64,000 bases of DNA. It comes from Octopus vulgaris. Its lineage: Eukaryota. The translations under genes were made by a program, and so were the position numbers. The notes under the pieces are model-generated. The model did not search any database, had not been told where the DNA came from, and saw only the letters and a program-made list of their open reading frames with translations. The stretch lies in the NCBI GenBank assembly GCA_951406725.2, contig OX597838.1:32860001-32924000 (forward strand). The letters are read 5' to 3'. Positions 1 through 14,380 of the stretch are shown here, piece by piece. Within the stretch, counting starts at the first letter, position 1. Each line of letters starts with the position of its first letter.

Positions 1-1670
1 TCTGAGTTCAAATTCCGCCAAAGTCTACTTTGTCTGTCACCCTTTCAGGGTCCAAGAAATAGATGCCAGTCAAGCGCCGGCGTCGAAGTAATTAACTAAC
101 CTCCTCCCCCAAAGTTTCAGGCTTTGTACCTATAGTAGAAAGTATTATTATTATTATTATTATCGTTAATTCAACAAGCCAGCAGACTCGTTAGCATGCC
201 AGACAAAATGCTTAGTAATGACTGTCTAACAATTACTAGCGTTAGTACTATGTGACACAACAAACTAGTCACGCAGTGTTATCTTTTATTTTGTATCTTC
301 AACTTGTTTCAGTCATTGGACTGCAGCCATGCTGGGCCACCACTCTTATACATATATATACATACACATACATATACATACACACACACACACAATGTAT
401 CTATGTATATGTATATGTCTAACAAATTGACTCGCTCCAGTACTTTTTTTTTTTAAGCCTGGGACTTATTCTATTAGTCTCTATTGTCTATAGTTATAGA
501 GCTGTAAACAAACCAACACTGGTTGTCAAACAGTGGAGGGACAACAGACACAAAAATACACGCACACACATAAACATAGATACATTGTGTGTGTGTGTAT
601 GTATGTATATGTATGTGTGTGTGTGTATCTATATATATATCTACATATATACAGTCTCCATCTACCAAATCCACTCACAAGGCATTGGTTGGTCCAAGGC
701 CATGGTAGGCAAAAGACACTTGCCCAAGGTGCTGTGCAGTAGGATTGGACAGAAGGCCATGTGGTTGCTAAGCAAGCATCCAAACCACACAGCCACAGCT
801 TGAGTTCATGTACAAATAATAATGATAATAATGATAATAAAGAAAGACAATACAGTTTAACCCATGGGCATTTAAACTGGCCAAATCTGGCCAAAATAAT
901 CTACCTGTTTTATCTTCAAACTGGCCAGTTCCAGCCTCTTGCACTTACCCTTACATAGAGACCCCCTTTGGTCATGACTGACCATGGGATTGCACCTAGA
1001 AAGTTACCCTCCGAGGCACAAGTCTGTGCATGGTTATTTATGGAAGACCAGAAGTCGCCCATGTATACTGGCCTCCCCTCTCCATGCCACCGATGTTATC
1101 CAAGGGATAGGCAAAAGCGGATACAGCTTGGCACCAGTGACGTCGCAGCTCATTTATTAATGTGCAAGTGGCTGAGCACTCCACAGACATGTGTACCCCT
1201 AATGTAGTTCTCGGGGGAGATTCAGCGCGACACAGTGTGACAAGGCTGGCCCTTCGAAATACAGGTACAATAGAAACAGGAAGAAAGAATGAGAGAAAGT
1301 TGTGGTGAAAGAGTACAGCAGGGTTCACCACCAGCCTCTGCCGGAGCTTCGTGGAGCTTTAGGTGTTTTCGCTCAATAAATACTCACAATGCCCGATCTG
1401 GGAATTGAAACTGCGATCCTACGACCGCATGTCTGCTGCCCTAACCACTGGGCCATTGCGCCTCCTCTTACGCTTACCATATTATTCTGAAAATAAACAA
1501 TCATGTCATTTGAACTGCCAAAGCTACAAAATAATGTGTGACTAATTCAAATCAGTGAGAATAAATATTACATTTGACACAGAATTCTGAATGCTAAAGC
1601 GTTAATTTTTATTTAAAATTCTTCTTCATTTGCTAATATTCAAGTTGAATTTTTAATTTCTAATTTTCAG

Positions 1671-1751
1671 AAGCGTCAGTTTGCCTCGTTAAGTAAACAA
1701 TTCAATTTACAGAACAAGACTTACTGTGAGCTGTTCCCAGACATTGTTGAG
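1671..1751 (+). CDS. UBE2J2: Ubiquitin-conjugating enzyme E2 J2, penultimate coding exon
   Basis: ttttcag|AAG...GAG|gtaagg, 81 bp, phase 0-0; reads KRQFASLSKQFNLQNKTYCELFPDIVE, matching the KRQLA..FNL..FCELFPEVVE segment of UBE2J2/Ubc6. Confidence 0.88.
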
Positions 1752-2362
1752 GTAAGGGAATATTTTCTTTTTAGTTTTTATTTAATGTTATATCTCCATT
1801 TTCTTACTTTCTTTTTGAATGATTATAAACCATGATTTATATATAAACCTTTTGTTTCAGAAATATTAGGCATTAAACCAGTAATTCATAGGATGATATA
1901 ATCCTTTAATGAGGCTAATTTAATCTTTAATTGTGTATATATATATTCAATTATACATATATATATATATATATATATATCATCATCATCGTTTAACGTC
2001 CGCTTTCCATGCTAGCATGGGTTGGTCGATTTTGATTGAGGTCTGGCGAACAAGATGGCTGCACCAGACTCCAATCTTGATTTGGAAGAGTTTCTACAGC
2101 TGGATGCCCTTCCTAACGCCAACCACTCCGAGAGTGTAGTGGGTGTTCTTTACGTGCCACCGGCACGGGAGCCAGTCAGGTGGTAGTGGCAATGACCTTG
2201 CTTGAATCTTTTTACACATGCCACCGGCACAGGTGCCAGTAAGACGACATTGGTAACAATCACGCTCAAGTGGTGCCCTTTTACGTGCCACCGGCACGGA
2301 AGCCAGTTAGCTTCATGACAATCATGATCCGAAAGTACCCTAACCACTAAGCCATGCACCTT

Positions 2363-2411
<49 letters not shown>

Positions 2412-3377
2412 TAGTAGTAGTAGTCCATCCCTGGACACGGAAGGCAAAAATTGAACTTCATTGATTTGTCTGTCATTAGACTGTGACCATGCGGGGGCAC
2501 CACATTTAAAGATTTCTTGGTTGAAGGAATCACCCCCAGTATTTATTCTTTTTAAGCCTGGTATTTATTTTATTAGTCTCTTTTGCTGAACCACTAAGTT
2601 ACAGGGACAGAAACACACCAACACCAGTTGTCAAGTAGTGATAGGCAACACACACACACGATGGGCTTCTTTGAGTGTCCGTCTACCAAATCCACTAACA
2701 AGGCTTTGGCTAGCCCAGGGCTATAGCAGAAGACACCCAAGGTATCATGCAGTGGGATTGAACCTGGAACCACGTGGTTAGGAAGCAAACTTTTTACCAC
2801 TGCACTCAAAAGGAATATACCTTTTTTTATACTTGTTTCAGTCATTTAACTGCGGCCATGCTGGAGCACCGCCTTTTGTCGAGCAAATTGACCCCAGGAC
2901 TTATTCTTTGTAAGCCTAGTACTTGTTCTATCGGTCTCTTTTGCCGAACCGCTAAGTTACGGAGACGTAAACACACCAGCATCGGTTGTCAAGCAATGTT
3001 GGGGGGGGGACAAACACAGACACACAAACATATATATTTACATATATACGACAGGCTTCTTTCAGTTTCTGTCTACCAAATCCACTCACAAGGCTTTGGT
3101 TGGCCCGAGGCTATAGTAGAAGGCATTTGCCCAAGTTGCCACGCAGTGGGACTGAACCCGGAACCATGTGGCTGGTAAGCAAGCTACTTACCACACAGCC
3201 ATGTTGTTAGTTAAATTTTCTTTGGGGATTGAATCTAAGTTTGATCAAATGAAATATGCAAAATTTTGGTACCCAGCGCCTAGTCTTAGTCGCATATTCT
3301 TTATTTTGAACTTGGTCTCCAACTTCTGATTTGAATGCTTTTTTTTTCTCTCTTTTGTTAACCATACTTCTATTTAA

Positions 3378-3840
3378 CCCTTTTGATACCAACCCGGCTG
3401 AAACCGCCTCTAGCTCTCTAGTACAAATGTCTTGTTTTCATAAGTTTTGAAGTAAAATCTCCCATCAAACCTTAGTCACAATTAATATTCCTAACACAAA
3501 CTTAATGATAACTAAGTCATTTTACTGAATTCTTTGCGATATCTAACACTAGCTGAATGATAACTAAGTCATTTTACTAAATTCTTTGCGATATCTAACA
3601 CTAGCTGAATGATAACTAAGTCATTTTACTAAATTCTTTGTTACATTTAAAGTAATTGAAAGAAACTAGTGTTAGATATCGCAAAGAATTCAGTAAAACA
3701 ACTTAGTTATTATTCAGTTAGTTTTAGGAACATTAATTGTGACTAAGGTTTGGTGGAAGATTTTAATTCAAAACTTAAGAAAACAAGGCATTTGTACTAC
3801 AGAGCCAGAGCCGGTTTCAGTCGGGTTGGTCACGAAAGGG
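3378..3840. mobile_element. piggyBac-type fold-back MITE
   Basis: TTAA|CCCTTT...AAAGGG|TTAA; left and right ~170-bp halves are inverted copies; same family as the 9097-9992 copies. Confidence 0.7.
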
Positions 3841-3919
3841 TTAATATGCTAAAAAAAATTTTTTTTAATAAATATAAGTCTTCAAGGTCCATTTATTCTC
3901 TTTGCACCTCTTTCTGCAG

Positions 3920-4138
3920 AATATCCGCCGTGAACAGAAGCTTCAACAACAGAACGCATTATCTGCAGAACAGTCCGATGGTAACACAGCTAATGGTAAC
4001 ACGACAAACAACCCTGTACAACTGAGACAGAATTGTAGCAGTGGCTTCAGCAATGCCGTCATTAATCTGTTGGTCGTCGTCGTCTTTGCAGCCTTTGCCT
4101 ATATTGTGAAATATGTTCTTACTAGCGGACTGGAGTAA
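3920..4138 (+). CDS. UBE2J2: UBE2J2 last coding exon with C-terminal transmembrane anchor
   Basis: ctgcag|AAT, phase 0, ends in TAA; NLLVVVVFAAFAYIVKYVL matches the UBE2J2 tail anchor (NLFVIVGFAAFAYTVKYVL). Confidence 0.9.
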   Translation, partial: NIRREQKLQQQNALSAEQSDGNTANGNTTNNPVQLRQNCSSGFSNAVINLLVVVVFAAFAYIVKYVLTSGLE

Positions 4139-4196
4139 GCCAGTGAAAAAAAAAACAATTTGCCTATGGACATGTGTATTTCTTTACTCCCTCTGA

Positions 4197-4238
<42 letters not shown>

Positions 4239-4429
4239 CTTTCTTTCCATCTCTGATTCTTCCAGTTTCCTAATACCTTGTCTTATTTTTCTACACTCAT
4301 TCATAGTGTCCTATGCTCTCTCTCTCTCGCTCTCTCTCTGTCATGTATTATCCTACAGACACACACACACACGTATATAAGATTTAGGTATATGAATGTG
4401 TGTTTATGTGGATGGCAGTGGTAGGGTTG

Positions 4430-4564
4430 TCTAGTAGATGTATATGTGAAACATATACATACGTTATATATATGCATATGTATGTATGTGTATATATATA
4501 TATATGTTTATGTATGTGTATAGATATGTAAATGTATGTATATATGTTTGTGCATGTGTATATA

Positions 4565-4623
<59 letters not shown>

Positions 4624-4792
4624 AGATATGTAAATGTATGTATATATGTCTATGCTTGTGTATATATATATATGTGTGTGTGTGTATGTATAAATATGTG
4701 TACATATATATATGCATATATATGTGTGTGTGTGTATATATATGTGTGTGTATATATGTGTATATATATATGTGTATATATATGTGTATATA

Positions 4793-4823
<31 letters not shown>

Positions 4824-5313
4824 GTATGTAGTAACAGATATATATGTGTATACATGATACAAGGGAAGCCCCCATACTGTGATCACTTTAGGTCGAAGGC
4901 TTTTCTATAACAATAACCATTTGGTAAAGGATTTTCAATTAAGTGTTTGGGACCCACTAATTTTCTTAATAGCCATTGGGGAGGGCGGGGTCACCTTGTG
5001 TTAGAATAAACGGCGGCTTACCTTCTGTGTGCATGCATGGGTGTGGATGCACATGTTTCTATAAGTATACACGACACGCACACACGTGTGTGTGTGAATA
5101 TATTACAGAAATGGAAATATATATGTATACTTGTGTGTGTGTGTGTATGTATGCATATCTTATATGCATGTATTATATGTATATATATATATATTTATAT
5201 TTATATATGTATATTTATTTGTATACATATGTGTGTATATGTGTTAATGTTTGTGTGTGTGTATATATATCAATATATCATACATGTATATATGACCTGT
5301 ATACAGGTATATT

Positions 5314-5350
<37 letters not shown>

Positions 5351-5559
5351 ATATATATACATGTGTGTGTGTGTGTGTGTATATATATACGTGTGTGTGT
5401 GTGTATATATATACATGTGTGTTTGTGTGTGTATATATATATATATACATGTGTGTGTGTGTGTGTGTATATATATACATGTGTGGGGTGTGTGTGTATA
5501 TATCAATATATCATACTTGTATATATGACATGTATATATGACATGTATACAGGTATATA

Positions 5560-5591
<32 letters not shown>

Positions 5592-5628
5592 CATACGTGT
5601 GTGGGATGTGTGTGTGTATGTATGTATG

Positions 5629-5659
<31 letters not shown>

Positions 5660-5690
5660 GTATGTATATGTATGTATGTATATATATGCG
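4430..5690. repeat. (TA)n/(TG)n compound microsatellites downstream of the UBE2J2 stop
   Basis: Direct reading; source of the many YIYI/VCVC ORFs. Confidence 0.9.
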
Positions 5691-5875
5691 TACACTTACT
5701 CGTTCTAAATATCTGATATAGCCATTCTGCTAAAAAAAAACAACAATGCTTGCAGTTATAGTTTTCACATTTACAGATTTTTATTATTATTTCTCTTATT
5801 TTTTTATTTTTTTTTTTGAACTGCCCTTTTATTTCCAAAATGTAATGTGGAACTAATTTGAAGAAAAGAATTTTG

Positions 5876-5906
<31 letters not shown>

Positions 5907-6133
5907 TAAGGTGAGGGGCTTCTTTTCTTCTTTCATTTCTTCTTTTGTCCTCAAATTCTTTTGGTGATAAGAAACCTAAAATCTGTACATACTGAACCTG
6001 TATAATATTTGTATATGAGGCATGGGCTCCTGTATTATTATTATTATTAATACTATTATTATTATTATAACCATTATTATTATTATTAATACCATTATTA
6101 ACTATTACCATTATTATTATTATTATTATTATT

Positions 6134-7106
6134 GAGGCGGTGAGCTGGCAGGATCGTTAGCACGCTGGGCAAAATGCTGAGCAGCGTTTCGTCTGTCATG
6201 ATGTTCCGAGTTCAAATTCTGCCTTTCTTCCTTTCGGGGGTCGTTAAGTTAATTACTGCGCTTCGATGTAATTGACCCGTACACCCTCCCCCAGAAGTGG
6301 CTGCCATTGTGGCAAAATTTGAAACCATTATTATTATTATTACTATTATTATTATTATTGTTATTAAGGTGGCAAGCTGACAGACTCGTTAGCATGCCGG
6401 GCAACCTAATTAGTGACGTTTCTACCAGCTCTTTACATCCTGTGTTGAAATTCTGCTGAGGTCAACTTCGCTCTTCACTCCTTCAGGGGTCGAGAAATAT
6501 GTGCGTACATATGTACGTACGTATCATTTGCATCCAGGGTCTCTATAATCAACTGGGCCCTTACCTCCCTTCCGCCACCACCACCACCACCACCTCCACA
6601 AACTTCAGGCCTTGTGCCTATAGTGGTAAAGGATTGTTACGGTTATTTTTAGAGGCGCCAAACTGGCCGAAATGTTAGCAGCATTTTACCTGGTCTATTC
6701 GTTGTGAGTTCAAATTCTACCATGATCAAATTTGCTTTTCATCCTTTTAGGGGTCGATTAAAACAACAAATAAATAAAAACAAAGTAGCAGTCAAGTACT
6801 GGCGGTGATATAATTGACTTACCCCTTCCCTCTACATCTACTGGCCTTGTGCCAAAATTTGATACCATTATTATTATTATTATTATTATCATAGGTGGCA
6901 AGCTGGCAGAATCATTAGTACGCAGGGCAAAATGCTTAGCGGTATTTCCTCAGCCGCTATGTTCTGAGTTCAAATTCCACTGAGGTCGACTTTGCCTTCC
7001 ATCCTTTCAGAATCAATAAATTAAGTACCAGTTGCATACTGGGGTCGATGTAATCGACTTATCCCCCCCCCCCCAAATTTGAGGCCCTGTGCTTCCAGTA
7101 GAAAGG

Positions 7107-7138
<32 letters not shown>

Positions 7139-7585
7139 GACGGTGAGGTGGCAGAATCGTTAGCACACTGGGCGAAATGCTTAGCGGTATTTCATCTCCC
7201 ACTACATTCTAAGTTCAAATTCCGCTGAGGTCGACTTTGCCTTTCACCCTTTTGGGGGTCGATAAATTAAGTACCAGTTGCGTACTGGGGTTGATCAGAA
7301 TGACTGGCCCCCTCCCTCCAAATTTCAGGCCTTGCACCTATTGTAGAAAGGATTATTATTATTATTATTGAAACAGTGAGCCTGACAGAATCATTGGCAC
7401 CATGGACAAAATGTTTCGCAACATTTCATGTCATTACACTCTAAGTTCAAATTCCGCCGAGGTTGACTTTGCCTTTCATCCTTTCGGGGTCAATAAAATA
7501 AGTACCAGTTGAATACTAAACATCGATGTAGTTGAATTACCCACTTCACAGACCTTGATGGCCTTATGCCAAAATTTGAAACCAT
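6134..7585 (+). mobile_element. Head-to-tail cluster of ~6 Nin-domain-like SINEs separated by (ATT)n
   Basis: Repeated ggcgagctggcagaatcgttagcac...ggtcgactttgcctttcatcctttcggggtcgataa...gtaccag; further copies at ~1-140, 8383-8600, 20255-20670, 37030-37250(-), 41120-41530(-). Confidence 0.75.
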
Positions 7586-8012
7586 TATTACTATTATCAT
7601 TATTATTGTTGTTTATGATGTGGAAATTTTTTTTTTTTCTTACCTTCGTCGGTAAGAAAAACAAGAATTTGAAAGATTCCTTGAACAGTAATAATAAAAA
7701 TAATAACGACTGCCGCATAATTAATAGTAATTATTATTTTTAGCTATATTGATTAATCGTTAACCAGTCAGTCACCTCCTCAGACACTTATCATTCTGAA
7801 TTTGTCCTAGAAATACCTGATGTGAATCAGAGGTGATTGTCATATAAAGAACACATTTGTAATTATAATAACCATTGATTAGAATGACTGTGTCACTGTT
7901 CTACACACACACACACACACACAGTGTATGTGGAGGAGAATGGGGGTATGTATGTGTGTGTGTGTGTATATATATATATATGTGTATATATATATGTGTG
8001 TGTGTGTGTGTG

Positions 8013-8050
<38 letters not shown>

Positions 8051-8106
8051 TGTGTATATATATATATATGTGTATATATATGTGTGTATATATTTGTATA
8101 TATATT

Positions 8107-8155
<49 letters not shown>

Positions 8156-8596
8156 TTGTCTATTTATGTCGGTCAGTTGTGGAGAGGGTTGGGATTTGTG
8201 GTTGATAATATCTATATCAGTCATGCACAGTGGTGGTGGTCATGGAGGGAGGGAGAAGAGAGGCGGCGGGATACAATCGGCTACACTATAGTACCTCCCC
8301 CTGCGCTCTTCTCCACCACCTGCACATTTTATGGCCTTGTGTCAATATGTGAAATCATCATCATCATCATCATTATGATTAAGGAGGCGAGCTGGCAGAA
8401 TCGTTAGCACGCCGGGCGAAATGCTTAGCAGTACTTCAGCCGTCTTCACTTTCTGAGTTCAAATTCTGCCGAGGTCGACTTTGCCTTTCATCCTTTCAGG
8501 GTCGATAAAATAAGTACCAGTTGAACACTGGGGTCAATGCAATCGACTCAGCCCCACCTCCCCTAAGTTTGCTGCCCTTGTGGCAAAATTTGAAAC

Positions 8597-8658
<62 letters not shown>

Positions 8659-9096
8659 CTTGTAAAGAATTGCAGCAACAACCACAATAATAGTGATGAT
8701 GATGATGATAAAAAATTCGATCTGTAATTTCTAATGATATTCTACCAATTTCAGCTGTTTGTAACGAGATATGAAGAAGAAATGATTATATACAAAATTG
8801 TGTGAAAAGAATTAAAAAAAAAATATGTATATTTAACTTGGATTTGTTGGTTTGTTTTATTTTTTTGTTTGATTACTTTATTATTGTTTTTGTTCAGTAT
8901 TTATTCACTTCCATGGAAGACTGGAATCAAAGGACACCGCTTGCATGACAGTGACACTCGTTTACGACTATCATACAATGCCAAGGCAAGAATACAATAA
9001 TACACACGCTCACACATATATTCAGTGGTTAGAGTGTTGGGCTCACAACAATGAGGTTGTGAATTTGACTCCCAGACTAAGCCGTGTGTTGTATTC

Positions 9097-9992
9097 TTAA
9101 CCCGTTCATTACTGTATTTGTTTTGAGATGCTCTGCGTTTCTTTCAATTACTTTAAATATAACAAAGAATTTAGCAAAGTAACTTAGTTATCATTAAACT
9201 AGTGTTAGGAACATAAATTGTGACTAAGGCTTGGTGGAAGATTTTTATTCAGAACTTATGAAAACAAGACATTTGTACTACAGGGCCAGAGCCGGTTTCA
9301 GCCAGGTTGGTATTGAAAGGGTTAAGAATTGTTTCTCTATTATATATTTTAACCCTTTCATTACTGTATTTATTTTGAGATGCACGGTGTTTCTTGCAAT
9401 TACTTTTAAATATAACAAAGAATTTAGTAAAATAACTTAGTTATCATTCAGCTAGTGTTAGGAACATAAATTGTGATTAAGGTTTAGTGGAAGATTTTAA
9501 TTTAAAACTTATGAAAACAAGACATTTGTACTATTTTAACCCTTTTGTTACCATATTTCTGTTGAGATGCTCTGTGTTTCTTTCAATTAATTTTAAATAT
9601 AACAAAGAATTTAGTAAAACAACTTAGTTATCATTCAGCAAGTGTTAGGAACATTAATTGTGACTCAGATTTGGTGGAAGATTTTAATTCAAAACTTATG
9701 AAAACAAGACATTTGTACTCAGAGGTGGTTTCAGCCGGGTTAGTAACGAAAGCATTAAATTAATCTTTGGTCGACCCTTTCGTTACCATATTTCTGTTGA
9801 GATGCTCTGTGTTTCCTTCAATTACTTTAAATATAACAAAGAATTTAGTAAAATAACCTAGTTATCATTAAGCTAGTGTTAGGAACATAAATTGTGACTA
9901 AGGTTTGGTGGAAGAATTTAATTCAAAACTTATGAAAACAAGACATTTGTACTCAGAGCCAGAGGCAGTTGGGTTGGTAACGAAAGGGTTAA
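9097..9992. mobile_element. Four tandem ~220-bp piggyBac-type MITE copies
   Basis: ttaaccc...gaaagggttaa ends and near-identical bodies (aacaaagaatttagtaaaataacttagttatcatt). Confidence 0.7.
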
Positions 9993-10589
9993 GCAAGACA
10001 CTTTATTTCACGTTGCTCCACTTCACCCAGCTGTAGAAATGAGTTGCAATGTCACTGGTGCCAAGCTGTATCAAGCCTTTGCCTTTCCCTCGGATAACAT
10101 CGGTGGCTGGTATGCATGGATGATTGTTGGTCTTCCATAAACAACTTTGCCTGCACTTGTACCTCGGAGGGGAACTTCCTAGGTGCAATCCCATGGTCAT
10201 TCATGACTGAAGGGGTTCTTCACATATACACACATATTAAAGCAGAAAACTGGAAAAGACTTTTAGGTATGCCACTTTACATATGTTTCGTTACTTATAG
10301 GAGTTACACATGTATTTGCTATTAGTAATGAAACACGGGTAATATGGAATACTCTTTCATTTGTTTTGGTCATTAGACTGCGACCATGCTGGGGCACCAC
10401 CTTGAAGAATTTTTAGTCAATTGAATTGACCCCAGGACTTATAATTTTTAAGACTGGTACTTATTTTATCAGGCTCCATTGCTGAACCGCTAAGTTACGG
10501 AAATGTAAACACACTCACACCAATTATCAAGCGATGATGAAGGGACAAACACTGATACAAAGACACACACACACACACACACATATATA

Positions 10590-11950
10590 GCCCCCTTTTA
10601 TTTACAGAGTCCTCCAAGCTATAACTGAGGAATATAAGACTAGCCTCACTTGGGAGCTCCTCACTGCTGATGACCTTGTTCTTATTGCTGAATCACTACC
10701 AGAACTAGAGAAGAAATTTCCGGTATGGAAGCAAGATGTGGAATCAAAGGGCTTTGGAGTTAATTTAGAAAGACCAAAGTATTGTTAAGTAGGAAAACAG
10801 ACCAATTGCAAGCACCTTCAGGGAGATGGCCCTGTTTGATATGTAGTAAAGGTGTCAGGAGAGACTTCATAAAGTGTACCCTGTGCAAGCTATGGACTCA
10901 TAATAGGGGCAGGGGTATCACTAACAGTGACTTACAGAGAAGGTAGTCTTTACTTGTGGCAGATGTGCAGGTACATTAAACACCAGGAATGAATGAAAAA
11001 TAGACTCTCTCATATGCCATGGGGGGTATCCCTAGAAGTAGTAGGCAGTTTCTGTTACTCAGGTGACCGATTCAGTAGTGGGTGTAGTTGTTCTGAAAGC
11101 ATAGCTGCCAGAATAAGAACAGACTGGGTGAAGTTCAGAGAGCCACTACCTCTGTTGGTAACAAATGGCCTTTTCCTCAGAGTGGAAGGCAGATTGCACG
11201 ATGCTTGTGTATGAACAGCTATGCTGCATGGCAGTTAGACATGGGTTGTGACTACTGAGGATAGGCTAAGACTTGAAAGAAATGAAGCCAGTATGCTTTG
11301 CTGGATGGGTATATCATCATCATCATCGTTTAACGTCCATTTTCCATGCTAGCATGGATTGGACGGTTCGACCGGGGTCTGGGAAGCCAGAAGGCTGCAC
11401 CAGGCTCCAGTCTGATCTGGCAGTGTTTCTACAGCTGGATGCCCTTCCTTACGCCAACCACTCCGTGAGTGTAGTGGGTGCTTTTTACATGCCACTGGTA
11501 CAGGTGCCAGGGGAGGCTGGCAGTGGCCATGATCGGTTGGTGCTTTTCACGTGCCACCGGCACAAGTGCCAGGCGAGGCTGGCAACGGCCACGATCGGTT
11601 GGTGCTTTTTATGTGCCACCGGCACGAAAGCCAGTCAAGGCGGCGCTGGCAACGGTCACAATTGGATTGGTGCTACGTGCCACCAGCATGGAAGCCAGTC
11701 AAGGCGGCGCTGGCATCGGCCACGTTCGGATGGTGCCTTTTGCGTGCTACCGGTACAGGGATCACAACTACAATTTCCATTGATTTTCGATCAGTGTGCA
11801 TATTTCACAGAGTAAGTAATTTGAGAGAAAAACCGGGTACATGTAGCATTAGATATAGTGTGTAAGAGAGAAAACTGTGATGGTACGACCATGTAATGCA
11901 TATAAATGAGGACAGTTGCATGGGACTCACAGTGGGGATGAAAGGGTACC
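10590..11950 (+). mobile_element. Degenerate RTE LINE RT C-terminal fragment, interrupted by an antisense LINE 3' end (~11312-11790)
   Basis: Frameshifted WELL.ADDL, GRWPC..C.KGV, RIR..W.KFRE..PLL and MLHGS.TW motifs; same family as the 27284-29243 element. Confidence 0.7.
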
Positions 11951-13084
11951 AAAACACTTGGCATTTTGCTGTGCTTGAAAAGACACGCCAAGCTAAGTAA
12001 AAGCATGCTTGTCTTTGTGTACAGTCTCGTCCCCTGAAACCCCCTCCAAATGAGCATCCCTAATCTTGCAGGCTCATAGGGGCAGCTGCCACATAAAAAG
12101 CACCCATGCTGGTGCTGCAGAAACGCACCCAGTACATTCTGTAAAGTGGTTGGCATTATGAAGGGCATCCAGCTGTAGAAACCATGCCAAGACAGGCAGA
12201 CAGGGAGCCTGATCAGCCCTTCAGCTGGTTGGCTCCTGTCAAACCATCCAACCCATGCCAGCATGGAAAACAGATGTTCAATGATGATGATGATGACGGT
12301 ACACAATGAGCTTCTTTCATTTTCTACCTATCGAATCCATTCATAAGGCTTTGATCAACGTGAGGCTATAGTAGAAGATACTTGCCCGAGGTGCCACACA
12401 GTGGGACTGAACCTGGAACCATGTGATTGGGGAAGCAAGCTTCTTAACCACACGACCACACCTGTACTTAAGCCAAAGATTTTTCCAATTTTCTGTTTTA
12501 ATATGTAATAGCAGCTACAAATATACTTTGGAGTTCTGGAATCTGCAGATGTGCTTCACGAGGATAAATATTTGGATAATACTATTCTTAGACCTGATGT
12601 GTACATATTGTCCTTATAACATTTTTGATGATGAGATATTCGAACCCATGCTGGACAGATTGCTGTTTCAACTCGCGGTCGTAAGAATGTGGTTTCAATT
12701 CCCAGACTGGGCATTGTGAGTGTTTATTGCGCAAAAACACCTAAGCTCCACGAGACTTTGGCGGGTGGTGGTGTTGAACCCCTCTGTACTTTTTCACCAC
12801 AACTTTCTCTCACTCTTTCTTCTTACTTCTGCCACAAAGCAGAGGAACCATGGTGTAACCCACTATGGCGTGGCAAACTTTCAGACCTTAGTCTAGATTG
12901 CGAATCCTCTGTGCCCCAGGATGGGTCAGCTCTCCACCCACCCGTTAAAAGCCACCGTTTACGGAATGAGGATAACAATGTAGCACCCACCGTATTCTCC
13001 TGACCTTGTCCCTTCTGACTACCACTTTTTCTCTGCCTTGCAATGCACGATTGGCGATACAGAGTTCGACAATGAAGACGTTGC

Positions 13085-13285
13085 AAAATCGTTCCATTAC
13101 GACTTTATTGATACAAAGCCATGCGATTTCTAGATGAAAGGATTCAAAACTTTACCTGAAAGATGGCAAAAGGTGATTGATAACGAGAGTGATTACCTTT
13201 TGGATTGATTGTTCTATGTTGTTTTTTTAATTGTTAATAAAGTGATATGTTAGAAGTGTCCGAGAACTTTCTTACCAAACTGATT
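13085..13285 (+). mobile_element. mariner transposase 3' remnant
   Basis: Translates to KGFKTLPERWQKVIDNESDY, the typical mariner C-terminus. Confidence 0.65.
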
Positions 13286-13297
13286 TATATATACAGT

Positions 13298-13687
13298 CAT
13301 GGAGGCGCAATGGCCCAGTGGTTAGGGCAGCAGACTCGCGATCGTAGGATCGCGGTTTCGATTCCCAGACCGGGCGTTGTGAGTGTTTATTGAGCGAAAA
13401 CACCTAAAAGCTCCACGAGGCTCCGGCAGGGGATGGTGGTGATCCCTGCTGTACTCTTTCACCACAACTTTCTCTCACTCTTACTTCCTGTTTCTGTTGT
13501 ACCTGTATTTCAAAGGGCCGGCCTTGTCACTCTCTGTGTCACGCTGAATATCCCCGAGAACTATGTTAAGGGTACACGTGTCTGTGGAGTGCTCAGCCAC
13601 TTACACGTTAATTTCACGAGCAGGCTGTTCCGTTGATTCGGATCAACCGGAACCCTCGTCGTCGTAACCAACGGAGTGCTTCCATCC
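13298..13687 (+). mobile_element. Full-length tRNA-derived SINE with 11-bp TSD
   Basis: A box tggcccagtggttagg, B box ggtttcgattccc; flanking ATATATACAGT at 13287-13297 and 13688-13698; relatives at 1160-1465(-) and 37780-38150(-); resembles published octopus tRNA-derived SINEs. Confidence 0.8.
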
Positions 13688-13889
13688 ATATATACAGTGG
13701 GGGGAAATAAATAATTTAATTTCTAATGAAAATAAATGGGATATACCAATACTATATTTGCATACACATGCATAAACTAAGAATATGCAAAAGAAACTAA
13801 TAAATTATAGTAAGTAAGGAATTTATATTCAATTATAAATATTTAGGGGTGAAAAAAGTATTCGTACAGAACATAAATAACTGATAATT

Positions 13890-14380
13890 CGGAACTTCCT
13901 CCACCCAATTCTTCTTCTAGAAACAATACTTTCAGAGCATCTGCCACCATTGTTAATTTGGCCTCCTAGGAAACAGAAAGTATTTACAACTTCAAGAGAC
14001 CCTTCTGGGCATTTGAGAGAATCTAAGTCCTGTGTGCCCTTATCGCTTATTGTTCCTGCACATTTGCCACACACAAAGACTACTTTATCTGTTTATCTAC
14101 CTGTGATTCCACTGCACCTCTTATGTGTCCATAGTTTACACTGGGAGCAGCAAATGGAATTTCTTCCAACTCCTTTCCTGCATAAAGAGCAGGGCCATTT
14201 ACCTGACAGAAAGAGAGTTTTATCTTCTTTGTTACTAACAACTTTGGTGTTTGCTAGGTTAACTTTAAGACCCCTTGATTCCAGGTTTTGTTTCCATACC
14301 TGGGATTTCTTCTCCAATTCTGCTAAAGATTCTGCAATAAGAGCAAGGTCATCAGCATATAGCAGTTCTCATGGGAGGGC
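13890..14380 (-). mobile_element. RTE LINE fragment
   Basis: ELLYADDLAL, LESRGLKVNLANTKV, WPCSLCRKGVGRNSI.C..C..W.H.RC on the minus strand. Confidence 0.75.

Noticed and set aside
4384-5838. Long YIYI/VCVC ORFs (also 7875-8407, 29245-30128, 57359-57907)
   Set aside because: Translations of dinucleotide microsatellites.
13301-13375. tRNA gene
   Set aside because: The tRNA-like head continues into a SINE body with a TSD and multiple dispersed copies.
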